From Takakia lepidozioides (taxonomy: Eukaryota > Plantae > Bryophyta), in NCBI GenBank assembly GCA_030704615.1, contig CM060732.1, positions 69,006,001 to 69,070,000 of the forward strand: 64,000 nucleotides of DNA, in the 5' to 3' direction. Positions 36,795 through 64,000 of this stretch are shown here, piece by piece (positions within the stretch are counted from its first letter, which is position 1; each line of letters opens with the position of its first letter). Below the pieces are notes generated by a model. The model ran no database searches. It worked only from the letters and a program-made list of their open reading frames with translations, and was not told the origin of the DNA. The translations under genes were made by a program, and so were the position numbers.

Positions 36795-37595
36795 CTTAGA
36801 GTGATTCTAAGAAACTCTTAGAGCGAATGCGTTTTTTTTTTAATCACTCTAAAAAATCCTTAGAGCGGCTCTAAGGGATCCTTAGAGTGATTGCAAATAG
36901 CAATATAGTTTATTCTGTTTTCTTGCTCTAAGTAATGCTTGGATCAAATGTGAATAGCCATTTAGATTTTTTTTGTTTTCCCGCTCTAATAAATCCTTAG
37001 AGTGGCTCTGAAGGATCCTTAGAGCAAATACAAATAGCAATTTAGCTTTTTCTGTTTCTTGCTGTAGCTTAGAGCGGCTCTAAGGGATCCTTAGAGCGAA
37101 TGTAAATAGTAATTTATCTTTTTTTTTTTCTTACTCTAAGTAATACTTAGATCGAATGTAAATAACAAATTAGATTTTTCTGTTTTTCCACTCTAAAAAA
37201 CCCCTAGAGCGGCTCTAAAGGATTCTTAGAGCAAATATAAATAGCAATTTAGCCTTTTATGTTTTCCTGCTGTATGAAACCCTTAGAGTGGCTCTAAGGG
37301 ATCCTTAGAACAAACGTAAATAGTAATTTAGCTTATTCTATTTTTCCAATCTAACAAATCCTTACATTGGCTCTACGGATATTAAGGGATCGTTAGAATA
37401 AATGTAAAAAATATGTCAAGGTTTATCTTCTTCGTCATGGTTGACCGATTTAATTTCCCGCTCTATGAAATCCTTAGAGCGGCTTAGAACACTATAAGGA
37501 TCCTTACAACGAACGTAAATAGTAATTTAGTTTTTTATATATTTCAAATTGAAGAGATCCTTACATTGGCTCTAAGGGATCATTAGAATAAATGT
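36795..37595 (-). repeat. Second palindromic tandem array, diverged and inverted relative to the first
   Basis: Core CCTTAGAG-CGG-CTCTAAGG; the reverse complement of its spacer (GGGAAAAACAGAAAAAGCTAAATTGCTATTTACATT) resembles the spacer of array 1. Confidence 0.85.
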
Positions 37596-37759
37596 AATAA
37601 ATATGTTAGGATTTTTCTTCTTGGTCATGGTTGACTGTTGAGGCCATATGGCACCCTTTGAGATTTAACTCTTCTTCTCCTTCAATAATTCAACTATTAA
37701 CAATATAGTTATTTGGCTAAAAATAATGTGATTTTTTGCTAAAATATATTAGGGTTTAG

Positions 37760-38393
37760 CCACAAATTGTCGACGTGGCCTTGTGTCTTGCCGAGAAACA
37801 AAAACTTGGCACTAGCGGACATCCTAATGAAAAACTCCCAATCTGCGTGGAACTGATGTATATTGTGGCACTTTTGAGCGGCCAAAACTGCTCTTAGCTC
37901 GATGAGTTCTTTCCAACATTGTATGGAACTGGTTTTCGTCCAATACTTGAGCCATAAGATGTTTTACCATTTACAGGAACCTTGGCATCGATTTGTCATC
38001 CGGCTTCGGAATATTAGAGAGAAATCCGCAAGCATGTACTCGATTCCATCGCCTATCCTGGAGGTGTGACTGTCGAAACGCTTCCAGCCTATCCTCCAAT
38101 TGCTTATAATACAAAAAACAATGGTTGGCAGGGTCACCAACAGTAAACAAAAATTGTTCAAGATGGGCTAGTACCAATTCTCCCCTAACCACCATCTCCA
38201 CAGCCAAATTTTCCACGCGATATGTGCATAGGTCCTCCCAATCCTCCTCCAAATCAATCGGCTCCTCTCCGACATTGAAAAGCAATTTCAAAAGAGCACA
38301 CAATGGTCGAGCGGCCAAAATGTTTCGCCAATGTTTTGCCAAGTGGTTACGTTTCACCTGCGATGGAGATGAAGTGCAAGTTGTGGAGTCCAC
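37760..38393 (-). pseudogene. Possible N-terminal remnant of a PIF/Harbinger transposase
   Basis: 140-aa ORF reads through stops as ...TSVPRRLGVFH*DVR*CQVFVSRQDT..., loosely like the PIF HTH (SVEEQLAMFL...FQRSGET); starts ~145 bp inside the TIR; no DDE seen. Confidence 0.4.
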
Positions 38394-41300
38394 GATGGAG
38401 GCCGTATGATGGTTGGCTGTCTGCGTTTTAATCTATCGACACTTTACGCACACTCCGTTTCAGCCTGTCACGTCATCCCAACGAGCGCCTGAGATGAGCG
38501 GCCAAAATCGTATCATGGCCTGTGTTTAAACCCGGCCTAAATCATGCTGTCTCTTCGTCCCGGGGATCTACTTGCTTCCACCCAAGTTGTCCACATCAAA
38601 GTAAGTTATGGCACAAACCACTAAGTACTGGATTACCTGCTCTAGTGCTCCACTTTGCATCCAACTTTGTGTTTGTCTTTAGCTGTGTTCTTTTCTTGTC
38701 AAATTTTCGGACTTGGAAAATGGGTCGGCTACTACTTGTGCAAGGGAATTATGGGGTGAAAATTGATAAATTTGCCTGAAAGGGCCAGTAGTTGAACGGC
38801 AAGAACACCTGTTACCTGACACGTGTTATATAGCCACTTTTCTAGCCCTACCACCTCATTCTTCTTGCTACGTAAGTGCTGGGTAGAATTTACATGTGGC
38901 ACCAAGCCTGACGATTCTGAAATAATGGAAAACAAAAATTCTTGGAAGCAAAAGGAAAAAGAAAAAACTCTGGTTTAGGGAAGGAAAATCAGGAAAAGCC
39001 ACTTACCCTAGAAATTCGGAACGAGTTTAAGTCGCCCATAATAGACTTACCAGTCACCGGAGCGGAGACGGCCCGGTGGCCCGCCGTCTCACCGCTGACA
39101 AATTAGTCACCCATGCGACTTACGACTCGATACCCCATGCTCATTAGAGTGTCAATATGTAGAGCAATTTCATTCGGGCCCTGATTCTAGAGTGGTCCAA
39201 GAATTACTGTGGCCAGGAATTAGAGTGGGGCGCTTATGTAGGAAGGCGCGTGTATTAAGGAATGAGATGAGGGGGTCCCAAAAAAAGAAGGGAGGAATTG
39301 GCCAAATTTAGAATAGGGAGTCACTATGTATCCCAATTCATTTGGGGAGTTTGGCAAGGTCGGAAAACCTGGCTGGTTAAAACACAATTTTGGGGGAGTT
39401 TTGTGTGAAAGCTCAAATTCCGCGGCCATGGGCCTACAAAGGGTTTAAATAAATTTCAATAAAATTCTTCCAGGGCCAGTGTCCCCCAGTTCTTTAAAAA
39501 AGAAAAAACAGATCCGCAAGAACATTATAATCTTTTTATTTTCCACGGTGGAATCCGGCCAACTTTGGAGGTGCGATGTATAACTAGACTAGGCACAATG
39601 TGATACGGTTGGATTTGGTGGATGAACGGTGGCAGCTAGCTGCACTGATTACATCGCTGCAGCAAAATGGGCAACAGTTGAAAACCCACCCTGGCAACTA
39701 GCCCGGCGGATCACTTATTCAACAGCAGACGTGTGAACACGAGAATCAGCAAGCCCGGCTGCTGTGCGGGCCCAGCAAAGCGCAGAGAGGAATGGCGGTG
39801 GTGTCTCAGCTGCAGTCACGCAGGATTGGTAGACGGGCAACGTGGTGCGCTACTGGGATGTGGGTTTGCTGCATGGGAATGTCTGGCAGCCGTGATCCTT
39901 TGCCAATTTGCAGAAAGTCTTGAAAGTTTCAAACAGTCACGTGCTTCAGACATTGGGAGGCACGAGCGTGAGCTTCATACATTACTTCACAACCAGGGAT
40001 GTTTCCTGCCCGCAATCGGATGCCTTGTGTATATTGATTGTTACACGAAGCCGTCAGAATTGAATTGTTGAGCATCACAGCTGACTTTAAAGCAGCCTTG
40101 CATAATCTCTCAGCTTTCTTCTGCTTCTGTATTGGTGGAAAAAGCATAGTGAACACTGGAAAGAGAAGCTTTGTGAGCTTCAGTCTTGAGAGCTGAGAAG
40201 GGAAAAGGTGGAACTTGTTCCGTCTTCGGACGAATTGACAATCTGGCCGTGAACGTAATCTGCCATGTATGTCTCTTCTGCAAAGGTATCTCTGCAGAGT
40301 ACCCTCTGAAAAGATGGTAAGGGCGTGAGAAAGGGATTTGATGTGGGCTTTCCTCCATTCGGTCGGCACGGTGGGGGGGATTCTGTGGCGATGGCTGTGG
40401 GTTACGGGGTAAAAGGGTTGGGGTAACGGACAGGGAAAGGATTGAGGGAGAAGGATTTCATCAGTTAGAACGTGGCGACCAGCCGGGTAAGGACAGGGAA
40501 AGGAGTCAGGGAGAAGGAATACAGGAGTGGCGACGAGCCGGGAAGAATTGAACAGCTGGTGGATCTTCTGTGGCGGGGGCTGACAAACAGTATATTCGTG
40601 TCTGAAATCACAGACCACGACTACGAGTGCTATGTAGAGCATCGCGAGACAGGAATAAAGTGGGGATTTGGCTTACTTTGAGCAGGTTCCGAATAGGATC
40701 TACATGTTCTCTGGATGTAGGCAGAAAGGTGGGTGGTAAGGCAGTAAACGATTTTCGTAGAGCCAGGAAAAACCAGCTGCTACATCGTATGGACGTGACA
40801 GTTTAATAAGCTGACTTACAAATTCGGTATCTTCTCGAAAGTCTCTGAACTTCTCATTTCGTATTGAAATTGTCAGCGCTCATTCTGTTTTCAGTCTAAA
40901 TTTGGTGAGGAGGAGGACCTCCCCTTTCCACATCCATAATTGCAGTTCTAGCAACTCTGTGGGGCAAACAGTTGTACTCTCTCTCGGCTAGGCTATGGCA
41001 GCAAGAGCATTCAATCACTGTCTAAGTAAGAAATAAACCCTTACACGTCATTGTCGATATTCTCCTTGCTTGAACTATTTGGAATCAGCTCAACAAACAC
41101 ATTTAGTTGGGGACACTAATAGTGTAATGTCTCTCTGTGCCTTATCTACGTGCATGCAAGGTTGAGGTCTTGGCAGTAGTTCGAGAGACATTAGTCTACA
41201 ATGTGTCGCTTGGATGGTCTAAGTGGCACATTGTACACTAATGTTTCTTGAACCACTAGTGCCATGGTGGTTCATCCCTGTGTATTAAAGTATTTACTGG

Positions 41301-41414
41301 ACAATACACCTTCTTCAAACTCTGTACTTCACTCTGTCATTTACTAGTGTATTGGACTGAAGTTAAATGATGCTTATTTCCTTCATGGATTGATGGTTGT
41401 ATGTCCCAGGCCAG

Positions 41415-58342
<16,928 letters not shown>

Positions 58343-60695
58343 TACCCCGCTAACCAATTGGTTTGATGCTGATTTAGCATGAATGGGATTTCTCTATATG
58401 CCAGTATTCTTGTGGGCCTATGCAGTTAACTTCGTGTAAAACTGGACTGGTGGTAATCTTTGTAGAATACAGTGGAGGTCACACTCTTTGCCATACACTC
58501 TCCATGCAATGCTTGTATCCAAAAAATTGCAATGCTCAAGAAAATCTCAAATATGGATATTGGAATCAACAGTCTAATAATTCCCTCAAAGAAAGACCAG
58601 CATGCCTTTTTCCTGTCTCCATTTGTCAGGGGAGTCTTGGCCACCCGCTATGAACATGGCAGACTGAAGGGACTCCGGATTTTAAGCACTCCGATGAATG
58701 GACATGAGAAAGTCACTCAACTGAAGGAACCTCAACTCCCGCGATGTGCCTGCGTCACCGAATTCATGCGTGTCAAGCATTCTATTTTGGACTCAAGGAG
58801 GATGATGTATCATGAATTCCAACTGCCACAGGAGAAACCCAAGTGTATAACGTAAGCAACCCTGAGGAAAGCTTCACCACATGTTGCTTTCACCAATGCA
58901 AAGTGTTCCTCCATCGTCTGAGTCCCTGACAGTTGAAACACTTTGTCATCCAATCAGCAGAGTTACACACCAAATGGCTGGGGATCCTTATGTACTAAGG
59001 CTACCGTGACACTTTTCGGGAAGGAAACTGAAGAAGCATGCATAGCTAGAAAGATTACTAAAATTGTGGAGTCCTTATTGCACTTGCTCAATGCACTCAT
59101 TTGTGGACTCTCCTGAATCTCTTGAAGTCAGTTCCAGGCATGAATTTTGCAGGCGTTACTAACAGGATTCAATGACGGCATAATTTTGTATGCTTCTATG
59201 TAGGAGATAAAAAACAACCTCTGACTCATGTGTAGAACCCATGCTTGACAAAAACTATGTTGCTTTTGCTTTCTGTATGTTCTTCCCTAGCTTCTTTGGG
59301 AAATTTGATGAGAGGAAGCAGACTCACAATTTCTGGAGTTGTTTGTCTTTTGAGAAGGCTTAGTGTGAGAAGGATGCCTGCATGACCACCATCATTGTCT
59401 GGTGCATTGAGGTAGGATGCTTACCAACAATATGTTAAGTGGAGCAGGACTGTTAAGGTTGCTCACCTTTTACAATTGTAATCCAAGTACTTTGGCTTAT
59501 ATCAGAAGTTTTGTGCTAAGCTCGAAGAGCTGCCCTGTCTAGAAGTGCGATGGTGTGATGTGTGCGTGCAGCCTTTCACAGGACAGGACAGGACAGCTTT
59601 GGGAAGTGTGTCACCAAGTAATTCATGAATGCTAGTGCTTGGCTTCAAACGTGAACAGTGTAGATGGACCCTTGTCAGATGGAAATAGATAAGCCTTCGC
59701 CAATGTTGGACGCTCATAAGGTGCTACATCCTGGATAACAGTCAATGTTTAATCGAAGTTTCCAAAGTTCAAAATTTCTGCGAATGGAATATCACACAAC
59801 CCAAGAAGTAAAGTGGAGACAGAACATTTCTTTTCCTCGTGCCCTGGATACGGAGAGATCGGTGGAAATTCCGCAAGAGCATTCTAGCTGCTGTCAAACT
59901 GGAGGACTCTCACTCGAATCCATTTGTCCAGCTTGACAGGAAGAGAAGTCACTGCATCATCTCAACGCAGGAGCTGGAGTAGCCAGAACGACAAGACATT
60001 CCTGGTTCAAATGAGAGGACAGCCAACGACACCAAACGGAATCTGTTTGAATTACTCATTCTCTCACGAGATTGCTGAAAACCTAGGAGGTGGACAGATC
60101 CAGCAAGAGAGAGATTGCAGAGTAGGAATTAACGAATTGCCCAACAACATAGCCTCAGAAAGCCCCTAAACACAGCTTAACACCATCTCTAAAACCTGAA
60201 GTGTCCCCAGAGTGTATGCATTCCACAAGTAACTTTGTGTAACATGAGAGAGATCGAATCCCTCAAGGTGGCAATTTCACCCAAGCTTACATAAGACACG
60301 AGAGTACATCCACCAAAAAGGTGGGGGTTCTGTGCTAACCTCACACTGCAGTGAGTTTCTAACAACTGGATCTACAAACTTGTGCCCTGGGGTTTGTAGA
60401 CATCTGGGGTTTGATGAGATCTACCCTAGCTCCTTCAGTGCAGAGCTCCCGCATGCCTGCGCAGCTTCAAATGCAGCCAGATCATAATAAGCTACACCTA
60501 TTTACGTATGTAGGGCAAGCACCAAAGAAACCCACTCACAGTACAATAGACGGCTGCGTTGCACAAGGGCTACGCTGTCTGAAAAGCACGAGTGATTTTT
60601 CAAGTTGGCTAGCATGACAGAGGCACAGACGGAGTAAGCACCTGTGCTCCATCACCCATTTGGCACCTGTGACGCCAAAAGAAAGTGGAAGAAGA

Positions 60696-60869
60696 TCATC
60701 GCATTTTTGCCTCAGTGAAGAGCACATGACGCTTGACCACAGGATCGTATTTCCGAAACTCCAGCTTGGTGAGGAGCTTGCGCGGATTCTTGCGCTTGAC
60801 GTAGAAGAACCCAGTGCCTGCTGCGGAGATTAGCCTCACCAGAATCGATCCCCCCTTGGCCTTCGCCAT
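60696..60869 (-). CDS. rpl33: Nuclear-encoded ribosomal protein L33 (bL33, mitochondrial type), 57 aa
   Basis: [57 protein letters not shown]. Confidence 0.95.
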   Translation of the reverse strand: MAKAKGGSILVRLISAAGTGFFYVKRKNPRKLLTKLEFRKYDPVVKRHVLFTEAKMR

Positions 60870-61737
60870 TGCGTCTCCCAGAGCAGCCAAGGTTAGGGCC
60901 TCTTTACACTGAGGACGGTTGAGGTGACACTTCAAATTGACTAGTGGATTCAACACAGAAAGCACCTCATCCCGTTTCCTTTTATACTATTTCTATGCAA
61001 ATGAGAATATTTGCAGGGAATTTTAGCATTCATCAGCTGTTATTGTTCCAGAAGGCCTGGGTCCTCTTCTGTTTGCAGCTTCTCAATTGGTTCTACAGGA
61101 AACCTGGGAGCTTTGCAATGACATCCATGTTGCTGAGCTGAAGTTATGGTGAGGCAAAAAATTTGGGAAGGGGAGAGAGGAGGGAAAGTGAGATAGAAGA
61201 GAAAAATATGGCGAGGGCTTGCCCACAGCACACATCCCTAAGGGAGACTTTCAACTGCACAAATATCGGATGAGACAATAACGATGAGAAATCTTCAGAC
61301 ATCACAAGGGCTGTAATCTTAAAGAGGCAGATGCTATATATGTCTCTGGAAATCCGAGATTTTTTTTGTTGGGGCTTTCTGGTAACTGCGTGTAGGGGGT
61401 ATCAGGCCACAGCTACCGAGCCTGGAAGCTTTTTGGCAAGTCTATGACAGGAAGCTTTTTGTGCACTGTGTGCTGAATTTAGGTGAGACTTGTCCCTGCC
61501 TCGCTCCAACCTCCAGTTTGTACCTGCCCATTATTATCTCAGAGAGGGACTTAGTCAGAGTTCATCTCTCTGAGATATGGGCCTGGGAGCATCACATATC
61601 AATTTTAAGGTAGGAGGCCTTTGGTCGTGCATGTGTTCCTATACAGTAATTCGCACTTTGAGAATGTGGATTTGACAAAGAGTCCATGTTTTGTGGAACC
61701 ATGTCAAGAATTCAATCCTATGTTAGAGGCATGAATG

Positions 61738-63712
61738 TCATCTAAGATGGCACTCGCCCCGCAACTCTTTGAATGAGTCATGGATGATGGAGGAGAGCAA
61801 GTGACAAAAGCACTGGTCACAAGCAGCTTCCAATTGCGCCAACCTCTTGCTGTTAGGAACCTCCTCCATGCTGGCCCTGAGCTCCTCTAGCAGCATCGAT
61901 GCGCACTTACTGACCATCTCTGCCAATTTGGGAGCAATCAGCTTGGGAATGATCTGGGGTACTGGAAAACTGTTCTGCAGCAGTGACATGTCATGCGTGT
62001 ACAAAGATGAGAGAGAGGCCATTTTGTTGTTGCCCTCTGTCCACGGATCATTCCTTCTATGTTCTTCCATTTCTACACCCTGGCCATTGCCTTCCAAGTG
62101 CATGGAAACTGCGTTTATCAGTACTTCTAGGTGATCTTTTGGAACTGTAGTGGTCTTCTCCAACAACCACTGCTCACAAACTTCTCGTAGTCCAGTTGAT
62201 GCTTCTCTGGACAGAGAATACAAGCCTGCAAGCATCGGCTCTTCAATTGTACAAAGCCACTGAGTGTATATCCAGGGAGTCGATGTCCTTTCCACTTGAG
62301 GCCAGTCCAAGCAACCTGCCCTGTCCCACATCGAGGATCGATTCTTACTGATAGAGGCCTGCGCTGCCAACATGACATGCAAAGGAGGGCGACAACTCAT
62401 CAAGGGAAAAGATACAAGTAGTCGCTGGGTGTCAACTAGACCACCAGATGGCAAAGAAAGACAGGAAGAGAGGCTGCTGATGTGACCATGCAAGCTGGTG
62501 AGCAACAGACTTGGGCAATGAAGACCAAAGCCCTCTGGAGCGTCAAGCCCTACTCGCACATCAATGATGAGAAAGCAACTGCCTCCATACACTCCCTGCT
62601 GCACAAGATTGGCTTGAAGCCACAGTGCCTTATTAGTTAGATCTGTCTTACAGCACCCTTGTTCCTCATGGATTTCGTCGCCGATTAAGTTGTCACTCTG
62701 GCCCCCATGATTTCGAAAATTGATGTCCTGCATCAAGGAGCAGGCAGATCTCACCATCTCCATCTTGTCTGTCCTCTGGCAATGCACTACCTGGAGTGCT
62801 TCAACTCCAGCTTGCAGGCGTGCCTGAAGTGCCTTTGAAAATGCTGCCATGTTGTTACTCTTGAGTTGTTCACATGCATTTGACATTGAGATTTGAAGAT
62901 GGGATATATGAATACAGTCCACAAAGGAATCTGTTGGATTAGCATTGTGTAACAGCAACACCAGCTGGTCGCACCCACTCCTTACAATATCGCCTAGCAC
63001 TGCCTGCAACAGATCAAAGCATACAATCATGTACATCATGTCAACAATCGAAGGAGAAAGATAGGTTCAGTTTGTGCTTCAGACCAACAATTCAGAGGGG
63101 GAGAGGAGAGGGGGGGCGGGGGGCGTAGGTGGGGGTGGATTATAGTAAGTGGGAGCATGACATGAGACACAGCTCACTAAGTCCAGGCCTCAATAGCAAC
63201 TTGCCTGCTGCCAACGCAAAGGAACGAAGCTGATCCAGCAAATCGTCATGGAAATCTTTGAGGGTTTCTTCAATTTTAATTTTAACAACCACTGAATACA
63301 TTAAGTCTGAAAGCCCGTGGGTAGAGGACCCACCATGCTGTCATGAAGTGCAAGTTACACCTCAAATTGCACGAGGCAGCAAGGGTACATCAAGCATTTC
63401 AGTCTCTAGCTGCCGACAATTTTTCTACCTGTTGTACTCTCGTCCAGGAGTGAACTTCACGATGAGACTCCGCACAGAGGGCAATGATCTTCTGTTCCAT
63501 TCCATGCAGGGAGACCACCAAAACGGCCCTACCCCTCTCCTTCACAGCAAATTGCACCAAGAAGGGTGAATCTTCTAGTTTGATTTCAGTGACCACTCGA
63601 TTGCAAGTGCAGCATAGGAGTTTTCCATCGCCCAGCCCATATACTACATTGTACGCCAACCGGATAGCTGAGGGCACGTAAGCCACACAGGTTACCAGAC
63701 ATGGATCTATAC
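61738..63712 (-). CDS. 3' exons (63712-63429, 63003-61738) of a FANCB-like gene; 5' part continues rightwards
   Basis: Canonical splice sites join ...IIALCAESHREVHSWTRVQQ|AVLGDIVRSGCDQLVLLL..., followed by a coiled coil (KALQARLQAGVEALQ). This resembles the FANCB motif W..v..vliDDFiGsGteQvLLL and the helix after it (recalled from memory). Confidence 0.6.
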
Positions 63713-64000
63713 CTGCAGGAAAACCAGCATTGGAAAGTACTGGGGCGGAGGTTTCATTACCAGTGCCTGATGGAAGAGGAATGCTTAGGAGTTCACTTTG
63801 TCTGCACAGTCGTGATTAGTGGATGTGTCAGCAAGTAACATGTAGATGTTGAACGAAATCTCAAAAGAAATAAGTATGTGAATGACCTATTGGCATTGCC
63901 GCAATTCTAATATTGAAGATCTCAACTCCGTGCTCCTGTTAAACTTCTCAACCTGAGCGAAGTGGTTAGAATTACAGGAAGATCCACCCAAGGTTGAACG

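Larger units (their letters stand above)
33382..38537 (-). mobile_element. PIF/Harbinger-like non-autonomous element, 5156 bp
   Basis: TAA TSD on both sides (33379-81, 38538-40); imperfect TIRs GGCCGGTGTTTACAC and reverse complement GGCCGGGTTTAAACAC; GAGCGGCYAAAA repeated near both ends. Confidence 0.72.

Noticed and set aside
34240-37595. CRISPR-like array (palindromic repeats with regular spacing)
   Set aside because: The spacers are homologous to each other rather than unique, there are no cas genes, and the context is eukaryotic; it is a tandem repeat.
58420-60620. ORFs between the RLK stop and rpl33
   Set aside because: No motifs; most likely 3' UTR or UTR-intron sequence of the convergent genes.
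60870-60965. 32-aa N-terminal extension of L33
   Set aside because: It starts at a non-ATG codon; the ATG at 60869 gives a normal-length bL33.

Overview
Eukaryotic, intron-rich plant DNA, probably a non-seed land plant (inferred from TE types and gene structure). Bases 1-23.2 kb are a nested TE block: a minus-strand non-chromoviral Ty3/Gypsy element, an RT fragment cut by an orphan CACTA end, a decayed plus-strand Ty3 element with two integrase cores, a complete 5.7-kb Pack-CACTA inside its integrase (carrying TPM-domain, citrate synthase and PPR fragments), and a Copia remnant with a half-tRNA-type PBS. Bases 23.7-31 kb hold a head-to-head inverted duplication of an F-box-associated/kelch-like gene with no visible F-box; one copy is frameshifted. 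Bases 33.4-38.5 kb are a PIF/Harbinger-like element containing two oppositely oriented arrays of ~80-bp palindromic units with compensatory changes. Bases 41.4-58.3 kb are a 23-exon LRR receptor kinase (804 aa, LRR-VIII-1-like) whose introns contain many LINE 3' ends and a young 365-bp TRIM whose two LTRs each contain a full tRNA-like cloverleaf. The right end has a nuclear rpl33 gene and the 3' part of a FANCB-like gene. All calls are by eye; no searches were run.
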